The translations under genes and the position numbers were made by a program. From the NCBI GenBank assembly GCA_043228905.1, contig JBHGNT010000423.1, positions 1 through 26,597 on the forward strand: DNA of 26,597 nucleotides. The letters run 5' to 3'. Source of the DNA: Azolla caroliniana. Lineage: Eukaryota > Plantae > Polypodiophyta. The notes beneath the pieces are model-generated. The model was given only the letters and a program-made list of their open reading frames with translations. It ran no database searches and was not told the DNA's origin. Below, piece after piece: positions 1-13,035 of the stretch. The stretch's first letter is position 1. Every line of letters starts with the position of its first letter.

Positions 1-3000
1 ATATCTGGCTCGTGTGATATTTGGATTTTTGTGTTCAAACATGCGAATCGAAGCTAACAATGCTAGCTATGATATAGAATTTAAAATTCAAGATTTTGAA
101 ACTCAGGTCGAGAGACATGACTAAATTCGCAAATTTGAGGAGGTAGTAGAGAAGAATACGTCAGTAAATTAAAATATTCATACCTGGGTCAGTGTGATAT
201 CGGCTTTCTGTGTTCAAACATGCGAATCGAAGCTAACAATGCTAGCTATGATATAGAATTAAAAAGTCAAGATTTTCAACCCCAGGTCGAGAGACATGAG
301 GAAATTAGCTTATTTGAGGATGGAGTTGAGAAGAGCCAATGAGTAAATTAAAATGTTGATACCTGGTTCGTGTGATATCGGATTTCTGTGTTCAAACATG
401 CGAAATAAAGCTAACAATGCTAGCTATGATATAGAATTAAAAATTCAAGATTTTGAAACTCAGGTCGAGAGACATGACGAAATTAGGTTATTTGAGGAGG
501 TAGTGGAGAAGAGTGTGTGAGTAAATTATATTGTTCATACCTGGCTCTTGTGATATCGGATTTTTGTGTTCAAACATGCGAAACGAAGCAAACAACGCTA
601 GCTATGATATAGAATTAAAAAGTCAAGATTTTGAAACCATGGTCGAGAGACATGAGGAAATTAGCTTATTTGAGGATGGAGTGGAGAAGAGTGTGTCAGT
701 AAATTAAAATGTTCATACCTGACTCTTGTGATATCGGATTTCTGTGTTCAAACATGCGAAACGAAGCAAACAACGCTAGCTATGATATAGAATTAAAAAA
801 TCAAGATTTTGAAACTCAGGTCGAGAGACATGAGGAAATTAGGTTATTTGAGGAGGTAGTAGAGAAGAGTGCGTCAGTAATTTAAAATGTTCATATCAAA
901 CATGCGAATCGAAGCTAACAATGGTAGGTATGATATAGAATTAAAAAATCAAGATTTTGAAACTCAGGTCGAGAGACATGAGGAAATTAGCTTATTTGAG
1001 GATGGAGTTGAGAAGAGCCAATGAGTAAATTAAAATGTTCATACCTGGCTCGTGTGATATCGGATTTTTGTGTTCAAACATGCGAATCGAAGCTAACAAT
1101 GCTAGCTATGATATAGAATTAAAAATTCAAGATTTTGAAACTCAGGTCGAGAGACATGAGGAAATTAGCTTATTTGAGGATGGAGTTGAGAAGAGCCAAT
1201 GAGTAAATTAAAATGTTCATACCTCGGTCGTGTGATATCGGATTCCTGTGTTCAAACATGCGAAACGAAGCTAACAACGCTAGCTATGATATAGAATTAA
1301 AAAACCAAGATTTTGAAACTCAGGTCGAGAGACATGAGGAAATTAGTTTATTTGAGGAGGTAGTAGAGAAGAGTGGGTCAGTAAATTAAAATGTTCATAT
1401 CTGGCTCGTGTTATATCGGATTTCTGTGTTCAAACATGCGTATCGAAGCTAACAACGCTAGCTATGATATAGAATTAAAAAATAAAATTTTGAAACCCAG
1501 GTCGAGAGACATGAGGAAATTAGCTTATTTGAGGATGGAGTAGAGAAGAGCTAGTGAGTAAATTAAAATGTTTATACCTGCCTCGTGTGATATCGGATTT
1601 CTGTGTTCAAACATGCGAAACGAAGCAAACAACGCTAGCTATGAATTAGAATTAAAAAATCAAGATTTTCAAACTCAGGTCGAGAGACATGAGGTAATTA
1701 TCTTATTTGAGGAGGTAGTAGAGAAGAGTGGGTCAGTAAATTAAAATGTTCATATCTGGGTCTTGTGATATCGGATTTATGTGTTCAAACATGCGAATCG
1801 AAGCTAACAATGCTAGCCAGTGATATATAATTAAAAAATCAAGATTTTGAAACTCAGGTCGAGAGACATGAGGAAATTAGCTTATTTGAGGATGGAGTTG
1901 AGAAAAGCCAGTGAGTAAATTAAAATGTTCATACCTGGCTCGTATGATATCGGATTTCTGTGTTCAAACATGCGTATCGAAGATAAAAACGCTAGCTATG
2001 ATATAGAATTAAAAAACCAAGATTCTGAAACCCAGGTCGAGAGACATGAGGAAATTAGTTTATTTGAGGAGGTAGTAGAGAAGAGTGCGTCAGTAAATTA
2101 AAATGTTCATATCTGGCTCGTGTGATATCGGATTTCTGTGTTCAAACATGCGAATCGAAGCTAACAACGCTAGCTATGATATAGAATTAAAAAATAAAGA
2201 TTCTGAAACCCAGGTCGAGAGACATTAGGAAATTAGCTTATTTGAGGATGGAGTGGAGAAGAGCTAGTGAGTAAATTAAAATGTTTATACCTGGCTCGTG
2301 TGATATCGGATTTCTGTGTTGAAACAAGTGAAACGAAGCAAACAACGCTAGCTATGATATAGAATTAAAAAATCAAGATTTTGAAACTCAGGTCGAGAGA
2401 CATGAGGAAATTAGTTTATTTGAGGAGGTAGTGGAGAAGAGTGTGTCAGTAAATTAAAATGTTCATACCTAGGTCGTGTGATATCGGATTTCTGTGTTCA
2501 AACATGCGAATCGAAGCTAACAATGCTAGCTATGATATAGAATTGAAAAACCAAGATTTTGAAACCCAAGTCGAAAGACATGAGGAAATTAGGTTATTTG
2601 AGGAGGTAGTGGAGAAGAGTGTGTCAGTAAATTATATTGTTCATACCTGGCTCGTGTGATATCGGATTTTTGTGTTCAAACATGTGAATTGAAGCTAACA
2701 ATACGAGCTATGATATAGAATTAAAAATTCCACATTTTGAAACCCAGGTCGAGAGACATGAGAAAATTAGCTTATTTGAGGATGAAGTTGAGAAGAGCCA
2801 GTGAGTAAATTAAAATGTTCATACCTCGGTCGTGTGATATCGGATTTCTGTGTTCCAACATGCGAAACGAAGCTAACAACGCTAGCTATGATATAAATTA
2901 AAAATTAAAGATTTTGAAACTCAGGTCGAGAGACATGAAGAAATTAGGTTATTTGAGGAGGTAGTGGAGAAGAGTGTGTCAATAAATTAAAATGTTCATA

Positions 3001-3711
3001 CCTGGCTCTTGTGATATCGGTTTTCTGTGTTCAAACATGCGAAACGAAGCTAACAACGCTAGCTATGATATAGAATTAAAAAATCAAGATTTTCAACCCT
3101 AGGTCGAGAGACATGAGGAAATTAGCTTATTTTAGGATGAAGTTGAGAAGAGCCAGTGAGTAAATTAAAATGTTCATACCTCGGTCGTGTGATATCGGAT
3201 TTCTGTGTTCCAGCATGCGAAACGAAGCTAACAACGCTAGCTATGATATAAATTAAAAATTCAAGATTTTGAAACTCACGTCGAGAGACATGAAGAAATT
3301 AGGTTATTTGAGGAGGTAGTGGAGAAGGGTGTGTCAGTAAATTAAAATGTTCATATCTGGCTCGTGTGATATCGGATTTCTGTGTTCAAACATGCGTATC
3401 GAAGCTAACAACGCTAGCTATGATATAGAATTAAAAAATAAAATTTTGAAACCCAGGTCGAGAGACATGAGGAAATTAGCTTATTTGAGGATGGAGTGGA
3501 GAAGAGCTAGTGAGTAAATTAAAATGTTTATACCTGCCTCGTGTGATATCGGATTTCTGTGTTCAGACATGCGAAACGAAGCAAACAACGCTAGCTATGA
3601 TATAGAATTAAAAATTCAAGATTTTCAAACTTAGGTCGAGAGACATGACGAAATTATCAAATTTGAGGATGGAGTGGAGAAGAGCGAGTGAGTAAATTAA
3701 AATGCTCATAC

Positions 3712-5390
3712 CTGGGTCGTGTGATATCGGATTTCTGTGTTCAAACATGCGAATCGAAGCTAACAATGCTAGCTATGATATAGAATTAAAAAACCAAGAT
3801 TTTGAAACCCAGGTCGAGAGACATGAGGAAATTAGCTTATTTGAGGATGGAGTTGAGAAGAGCCAGTGAGTAATTTAAAATGTTCATATCTGGCTCGTGT
3901 GATATCGTATATTTGTGTTCAAACATGCGAATCGAAGCTAACAATACTAGCTATGATATAGAATTAAAAAATCAAGATTTTGAAACCGAGGTCGAGAGAC
4001 ATTGGAAAATTAGCTTATTTAAGGATGGAGTTGAGAAAAGCGAGTTAGTAAATTAAAATGTTCATACCTGGCTCGTGTGATATCGGATTTCTGTGTTCAA
4101 ACATGCGAAACGAAGCAAACAACGCTAGCTATGATATAGAATGAAAAAATCAAGATTTTGAAACTCAGGTCCAGAGACATGACGAAATTATCAAATTTGA
4201 GGAGGTAGTGCAGAAGAGTGTGTCAGTAAATTAAAATGTTCATACCTGGGTCGTGTGATATCGGATTTCTGTGTTCAAACATGCTAATCGAAGCTAAGAA
4301 CGCTAACAATGCTAGCTATGATATAGAATTAAAAAACCAAGATTTTGAAACCCAGGTCGAGAGACATGAGGAAATTAGCTTATTTGAGGATGGAGTTGAG
4401 AAGAGCTAGTGAGTAATTTAAAATGTTCATATCTGGCTCGTGTGATATCGGATTTTTGTGTTCCAACATGCGAATCGAAGCTAACAATGCGAGCTATGAT
4501 ATAGAATTAAAAAACCAAGATTTTGAAACCCAGGTCGAGAGACATGAGGAAATTAGCTTATTTGAGGATGGAGTTGAGAACAGCCAGTGAGTAATTTCAA
4601 ATGTTCATATCTGGGTCGTGTGATATCGGATTTCTGTGTTCAAACATGCGAATCGAAGCTAACAATGCTAGCTATGATATAGAATTAAAAAACCAAGATT
4701 TTGAAACCGAGGTCGAGAGACATGAGGAAATTAGCTTATTTGAGGATGGAGTTGAGAAGAGCTAGTGAGTAATTTAAAATGTTCATATCTGGCTCGTGTG
4801 ATATCGTATATTTGTGTTCAAACATGCGAATCGAAGCTAACAATACTAGCTATGATATAGAATTAAAAAATCAAGATTTTGAAACCGAGGTCGGGAGACA
4901 TGAGAAAATTGGCTTATTTAAGGATGGAGTTGAGAAAAGCGAGTTAGTAAATTAAAATGTTCATACCTGGCTCGTGTGATATCGGATTTCTGTGTTCAAA
5001 CATGCGAAACGAAGCAAACAACGCTAGCTATGATATAGAATGAAAAAATCAAGATTTTGAAACTCAGGTCGAGAGACATGACGAAATTAGAAAATTTGAG
5101 GAGGAAGTGGAGAAGAGTGTGTCAGTAAATTAAAATGTTCATACCTGGGTCGTGTGATATCGGATTTCTGTGTTCAAACATGCTAATCGAAGCTAACAAC
5201 GCTAACAATGCTAGCTATGATATAGAATTAAAAAACCAAGATTTTGAAACCCAGGTCGAGAGACATGAGGAAATTAGCTTATTTGAGGATGGAGTTGAGA
5301 AGAGCTAGTGAGTAATTTAAAATGTTCATATCTGGCTCGTGTGATATCGGATTTTTGTGTTCAAACATGCGAATCGAAGCTAACAATGCT
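3712..5390. repeat. 5-monomer (899-bp) tandem duplication within the satellite, just under 2 copies
   Basis: Diagnostic variants recur at offset 899 (5x178+9): GATATCGTATATTTG at 3901/4800 and ATGCTAATCG followed by a 9-bp duplication at 4281/5180. Boundaries are approximate. Confidence 0.8.
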
Positions 5391-7094
5391 AGTTATGATA
5401 TAGAATTAAAAATTCAAGATTTTGAAACTCAGGTCGAGAGACGTGAAGAAATTAGGTTATTTGAGGAGGTAGTGGAGCAGAGTGTGTCAATAAATTAAAA
5501 TGTTCATACCTGTCTCTTGTGATATCGGCTTTCTGTGTTCAAACTTGCGAAATGAAGCTAACAACGCTAGCTATGATATAGAATTAAAAATTCAACATTT
5601 TGAAACCCAGGTCGAGAGACATGAGGAAATTAGCTTATTTGAGGATGAAGTTGAGAAGAGCCAGTGAGTAAATTAAAATGTTTATACCTGGCTCGTGTGA
5701 TATCGGGTATCTATGTTCAAATATGCGAAACGAAGCAAACAACGCTAGCTATTATATAGAATTAAAAAATCAAGATTTTCAAACTCAGGTCGAGAGACAT
5801 GACGAAATTATCTAATTTGAGGAGGTAGTGGAGAAGAGTGTGTCAGTAAATTAAAATGTTCATACCTGGGTCGTGTGATATCGGATTTTTGTGTTCAAAC
5901 ATGCGAATCGAAGCTAACAATGCTAGCTATGATATAGAATTAAAAAACCAAGATTTTGAAACCCAGGTCGAGAGACATGACGAAATTAGCTTATTTGAGG
6001 ATGGATTTGAGAAGAGACAGTGAGTAAATTAAAATGTTCATATCTGGGTCGTGTGATATCGGATTTTTGTGTTCAAACATGCGAAACTAAGCAAACAACG
6101 CTAGCTATGATATAGAATTAAAAAGCCAAGAATTTGAAACCCAGGTCGAGAGACATGAGGAAATTAGGTTATTTGAGGAGGTAGTAGAGAAGAGTGCGTC
6201 AGTAATTTAAAATGTTCATATCAAACATGCGAATCGAAGCTAACAATGGTAGGTATGATATAGAATTAAAAAATCAAGATTTTGAAACTCAGGTCGAGAG
6301 ACATGAGGAAATTAGCTTATTTGAGGATAGAGTTGAGAAGAGCTAGTGAGTAAATTAAAATGTTCATACCTGGCTCGTGTGATATCGCATTTCTGAGTTC
6401 AAACATAAGAAACGAAGCTAACAATGCTAGCCAGTGATATAGAATTAAAAAATCAAGATTTTGAAACCCAGGTCGAGAGACATGAGGAAATTAGCTTATT
6501 TGAGGATGGAGTGGAGAAGAGCCAGTGAGTAAATTAAAATGTTCGAGTGGAGAAGAGCCAATGAGTAAATTAAAATGTTCATACCTGGCTCGTGCGATAT
6601 CGGATTTCTGTGTTCAAACATGCGAAATGAAGCTAACAATGCTAGCTATGATATGGAATAAAAAATTCAAGAGTTTGAAACTCAGGTCGAGAGACATGAG
6701 GAAATTAGGTTATTTGAGGAGGTAGTGGAGAAGAGTGTGTCAGTAAATTAAATTGTTTATACCTGGCTCTTGTGATATCGGCTTTCTGTGTTCAAACATG
6801 CGAATCGAAGCTAACAATGCTAGCTATGATATAGAATTAAAAAAACAAGATTTTCAACCCCAGGTCGAGAGAGATGAGGAAATTAGTTTATTTGAGGATG
6901 GAGTTGAGAAGAGCCAATGAGTAAATTAAAATGTTCATACCTGGCTCGTGTGATATCAGAGTTCTGTGTTCAAACATGCGAATCGAAGCTAACAACGCTA
7001 GCTATGATATGGAATTAAAAATTCAAGAGTTTGAAACTCAGGTCGAGAGACATGAGGTAATTATCTTATTTGAGGAGGTAGTAGAGAAGAGTGG

Positions 7095-10000
7095 GTCAGT
7101 AAATTAAAATGTTCATATCTGGCTCTTGTGATATCGGATTTTTGTGTTCAAACATGCGAATCGAAGCTAACAATGCTAGCCAGTGATATATAATTAAAAA
7201 ATCAAGATTTTGAAACCCAGGTCGAGAGACATGAGGAAATTAGCTTATTTGAGGATGGAGTGGAAAAGAGCCAGTGAGTAAATTAAAATGTTCATACCTG
7301 GTTCTTGTGATATCGGATTTCTATGTTCAAACATGCGAATCGAAGCTAACAATACTAGGTATGATATAGAATTAAAAATTCAAGATTTTGAAAGCCAGGT
7401 CGAGAGACATGAGGAAATTAGCTTATTTGAGGATGGAGTTGAGAAGAGCCAATGAGTAAATTAAAATGTTCATACCTCGGTCGTGTGATATCGGATTCCT
7501 GTGTTCAAACATGCGAAACGAAGCTAACAACGCTAGCTATGATATAGAATTAAAAAACCAAGATTTTGAAACTCAGGTCGAGAGACATGAGGAAATTAGT
7601 TTATTTGAGGAGGTAGTAGAGAAGAGTGCGTCAGTAAATTAAAATGTTCATATCTGGCTCGTGTGATATCGGATTTCTGTGTTCAAACATGCGTATCGAA
7701 GCTAACAACGCTAGCTATGATATAGAATTAAAAAATAAAATTTTGAAACCTAGGTCGAGAGACATGAGGAAATTAGCTTATTTGAGGATGGAGTGGAGAA
7801 GAGCTAGTGAGTAAATTAAAATGTTTATACCTGCCTCGTGTGATATCGGATTTCTGTGTTCAAACATGCGAAACGAAGCAAACAACGCTAGCTATGATAT
7901 AGAATTAAAAATTCAAGATTTTCAAACTTAGGTCGAGAGACATGACGAAATTATCAAATTTGAGGATGGAGTGGAGAAGAGCGAGTGAGTAAATTAAAAT
8001 GCTCATACCTGGGTCGTGTGATATCGGATTTCTGTGTTCAAACATGCGAATTGAAGCTAACAATGCTAGCTATGATATAGAATTAAAAAACCAAGATTTT
8101 GAAACCCAGGTCGAGAGACATGAGGAAATTAGCTTATTTGAGGTTGGAGTTGAGAAGAGCTAGTGAGTAATTTAAAATGTTCATATCTGGCTCGTGTGAT
8201 ATCGGATTTTTGTGTTTAAACATGCGAATCGAAGCTAACAATGCTAGCTATGTTATAGAATTAAAAATTCAAGATTTCGAAACTCAGGTCGAGAGACATG
8301 ACTAAATTCGCAAATTTGAGGAGGTAGTTGAGAAGAGTGTGTCAGTAAATTAAAATGTTCATATCTGGCTCTTGTGATATCGGATTTTTGTGTTCAAACA
8401 TGCGAATCGAAGCTAACAATGCTAGCCAGTGATATATAATTAAAAAATCAAGATTTTGAAACCCAGGTCGAGAGACATGAGGAAATTAGCTTATTTGAGG
8501 ATGGAGTGGAAAAGAGCCAGTGAGTAAATTAAAATGTTCATACCTGGTTCTTGTGATATCGGATTTCTATGTTCAAACATGCGAATCGAAGCTAACAATA
8601 CTAGGTATGATATAGAATTAAAAATTCAAGATTTTGAAAGCCAGGTCGAGAGACATGAGGAAATTAGCTTATTTGAGGATGGAGTTGAGAAGAGCCAATG
8701 AGTAAATTAAAATGTTCATACCTCGGTCGTGTGATATCGGATTCCTGTGTTCAAACATGCGAAACGAAGCTAACAACGCTAGCTATGATATAGAATTAAA
8801 AAACCAAGATTTTGAAACTCAGGTCGAGAGACATGAGGAAATTAGTTTATTTGAGGAGGTAGTAGAGAAGAGTGCGTCAGTAAATTAAAATGTTCATATC
8901 TGGCTCGTGTGATATCGGATTTCTGTGTTCAAACATGCGTATCGAAGCTAACAACGCTAGCTATGATATAGAATTAAAAAATAAAATTTTGAAACCCAGG
9001 TCGAGAGACATGAGGAAATTAGCTTATTTGAGGATGGAGTGGAGAAGAGCTAGTGAGTAAATTAAAATGTTTATACCTGCCTCGTGTGATATCGGATTTC
9101 TGTGTTCAAACATGCGAAACGAAGCAAACAACGCTAGCTATGATATAGAATTAAAAATTCAAGATTTTCAAACTTAGGTCGAGAGACATGACGAAATTAT
9201 CAAATTTGAGGATGGAGTGGAGAAGAGCGAGTGAGTAAATTAAAATGCTCATACCTGGGTCGTGTGATATCGGATTTCTGTGTTCAAACATGCGAATTGA
9301 AGCTAACAATGCTAGCTATGATATAGAATTAAAAAACCAAGATTTTGAAACCCAGGTCGAGAGACATGAGGAAATTAGCTTATTTGAGGTTGGAGTTGAG
9401 AAGAGCTAGTGAGTAATTTAAAATGTTCATATCTGGCTCGTGTGATATCGGATTTTTGTGTTTAAACATGCGAATCGAAGCTAACAATGCTAGCTATGTT
9501 ATAGAATTAAAAATTCAAGATTTCGAAACTCAGGTCGAGAGACATGACTAAATTCGCAAATTTGAGGAGGTAGTTGAGAAGAGTGTGTCAGTAAATTAAA
9601 ATGTTCATATCTGGCTCTTGTGATATCGGATTTTTGTGTTCAAACATGCGAATCGAAGCTAACAATGCTAGCCAGTGATATATAATTAAAAAATCAAGAT
9701 TTTGAAACCCAGGTCGAGAGACATGAGGAAATTAGCTTATTTGAGGATGGAGTGGAAAAGAGCCAGTGAGTAAATTAAAATGTTCATACCTGGTTCTTGT
9801 GATATCGGATTTCTATGTTCAAACATGCGAATCGAAGCTAACAATACTAGGTATGATATAGAATTAAAAATTCAAGATTTTGAAAGCCAGGTCGAGAGAC
9901 ATGAGGAAATTAGCTTATTTGAGGATGGAGTTGAGAAGAGCCAATGAGTAAATTAAAATGTTCATACCTCGGTCGTGTGATATCGGATTCCTGTGTTCAA

Positions 10001-13000
10001 ACATGCGAAACGAAGCTAACAACGCTAGCTATGATATAGAATTAAAAAACCAAGATTTTGAAACTCAGGTCGAGAGACATGAGGAAATTAGTTTATTTGA
10101 GGAGGTAGTAGAGAAGAGTGCGTCAGTAAATTAAAATGTTCATATCTGGCTCGTGTGATATCGGATTTCTGTGTTCAAACATGCGTATCGAAGCTAACAA
10201 CGCTAGCTATGATATAGAATTAAAAAATAAAATTTTGAAACCCAGGTCGAGAGACATGAGGAAATTAGCTTATTTGAGGATGGAGTGGAGAAGAGCTAGT
10301 GAGTAAATTAAAATGTTTATACCTGCCTCGTGTGATATCGGATTTCTGTGTTCAAACATGCGAAACGAAGCAAACAACGCTAGCTATGATATAGAATTAA
10401 AAATTCAAGATTTTCAAACTTAGGTCGAGAGACATGACGAAATTATCAAATTTGAGGATGGAGTGGAGAAGAGCGAGTGAGTAAATTAAAATGCTCATAC
10501 CTGGGTCGTGTGATATCGGATTTCTGTGTTCAAACATGCGAATTGAAGCTAACAATGCTAGCTATGATATAGAATTAAAAAACCAAGATTTTGAAACCCA
10601 GGTCGAGAGACATGAGGAAATTAGCTTATTTGAGGTTGGAGTTGAGAAGAGCTAGTGAGTAATTTAAAATGTTCATATCTGGCTCGTGTGATATCGGATT
10701 TTTGTGTTTAAACATGCGAATCGAAGCTAACAATGCTAGCTATGTTATAGAATTAAAAATTCAAGATTTCGAAACTCAGGTCGAGAGACATGACTAAATT
10801 CGCAAATTTGAGGAGGTAGTTGAGAAGAGTGTGTCAGTAAATTAAAATGTTCATATCTGGCTCTTGTGATATCGGATTTTTGTGTTCAAACATGCGAATC
10901 GAAGCTAACAATGCTAGCCAGTGATATATAATTAAAAAATCAAGATTTTGAAACCCAGGTCGAGAGACATGAGGAAATTAGCTTATTTGAGGATGGAGTG
11001 GAAAAGAGCCAGTGAGTAAATTAAAATGTTCATACCTGGTTCTTGTGATATCGGATTTCTATGTTCAAACATGCGAATCGAAGCTAACAATACTAGGTAT
11101 GATATAGAATTAAAAATTCAAGATTTTGAAAGCCAGGTCGAGAGACATGAGGAAATTAGCTTATTTGAGGATGGAGTTGAGAAGAGCCAATGAGTAAATT
11201 AAAATGTTCATACCTCGGTCGTGTGATATCGGATTCCTGTGTTCAAACATGCGAAACGAAGCTAACAACGCTAGCTATGATATAGAATTAAAAAACCAAG
11301 ATTTTGAAACTCAGGTCGAGAGACATGAGGAAATTAGTTTATTTGAGGGGGTAGTAGAGAAGAGTGCGTCAGTAAATTAAAATGTTCATATCTGGCTCGT
11401 GTGATATCGGATTTCTGTGTTCAAACATGCGTATCGAAGCTAACAACGCTAGCTATGATATAGAATTAAAAAATAAAATTTTGAAACCCAGGTCGAGAGA
11501 CATGAGGAAATTAGCTTATTTGAGGATGGAGTGGAGAAGAGCTAGTGAGTAAATTAAAATGTTTATACCTGCCTCGTGTGATATCGGATTTCTGTGTTCA
11601 AACATGCGAAACGAAGCAAACAACGCTAGCTATGATATAGAATTAAAAATTCAAGATTTTCAAACTTAGGTCGAGAGACATGACGAAATTATCAAATTTG
11701 AGGATGGAGTGGAGAAGAGCGAGTGAGTAAATTAAAATGCTCATACCTGGGTCGTGTGATATCGGATTTCTGTGTTCAAACATGCGAATTGAAGCTAACA
11801 ATGCTAGCTATGATATAGAATTAAAAAACCAAGATTTTGAAACCCAGGTCGAGAGACATGAGGAAATTAGCTTATTTGAGGTTGGAGTTGAGAAGAGCTA
11901 GTGAGTAATTTAAAATGTTCATATCTGGCTCGTGTGATATCGGATTTTTGTGTTTAAACATGCGAATCGAAGCTAACAATGCTAGCTATGTTATAGAATT
12001 AAAAATTCAAGATTTCGAAACTCAGGTCGAGAGACATGACTAAATTCGCAAATTTGAGGAGGTAGTTGAGAAGAGTGTGTCAGTAAATTAAAATGTTCAT
12101 ATCTGGCTCTTGTGATATCGGATTTTTGTGTTCAAACATGCGAATCGAAGCTAACAATGCTAGCCAGTGATATATAATTAAAAAATCAAGATTTTGAAAC
12201 CCAGGTCGAGAGACATGAGGAAATTAGCTTATTTGAGGATGGAGTGGAAAAGAGCCAGTGAGTAAATTAAAATGTTCATACCTGGTTCTTGTGATATCGG
12301 ATTTCTATGTTCAAACATGCGAATCGAAGCTAACAATACTAGGTATGATATAGAATTAAAAATTCAAGATTTTGAAAGCCAGGTCGAGAGACATGAGGAA
12401 ATTAGCTTATTTGAGGATGGAGTTGAGAAGAGCCAATGAGTAAATTAAAATGTTCATACCTCGGTCGTGTGATATCGGATTCCTGTGTTCAAACATGCGA
12501 AACGAAGCTAACAACGCTAGCTATGATATAGAATTAAAAAACCAAGATTTTGAAACTCAGGTCGAGAGACATGAGGAAATTAGTTTATTTGAGGGGGTAG
12601 TAGAGAAGAGTGCGTCAGTAAATTAAAATGTTCATATCTGGCTCGTGTGATATCGGATTTCTGTGTTCAAACATGCGTATCGAAGCTAACAACGCTAGCT
12701 ATGATATAGAATTAAAAAATAAAATTTTGAAACCCAGGTCGAGAGACATGAGGAAATTAGCTTATTTGAGGATGGAGTGGAGAAGAGCTAGTGAGTAAAT
12801 TAAAATGTTTATACCTGCCTCGTGTGATATCGGATTTCTGTGTTCAAACATGCGAAACGAAGCAAACAACGCTAGCTATGATATAGAATTAAAAATTCAA
12901 GATTTTCAAACTTAGGTCGAGAGACATGACGAAATTATCAAATTTGAGGATGGAGTGGAGAAGAGCGAGTGAGTAAATTAAAATGCTCATACCTGGGTCG

Positions 13001-13035
13001 TGTGATATCGGATTTCTGTGTTCAAACATGCGAAT
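7095..13035. repeat. Higher-order repeat: 7-monomer, 1246-bp unit, about 4.8 near-identical copies
   Basis: Units start at 7095, 8341, 9587, 10833 and 12079 (period 1246; one 179-bp and one 177-bp monomer per unit). Differences seen by eye: T at 7751 in copy 1 and A>G at 11349/12595 in copies 4-5. Copy 5 diverges from 13036. Confidence 0.95.
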
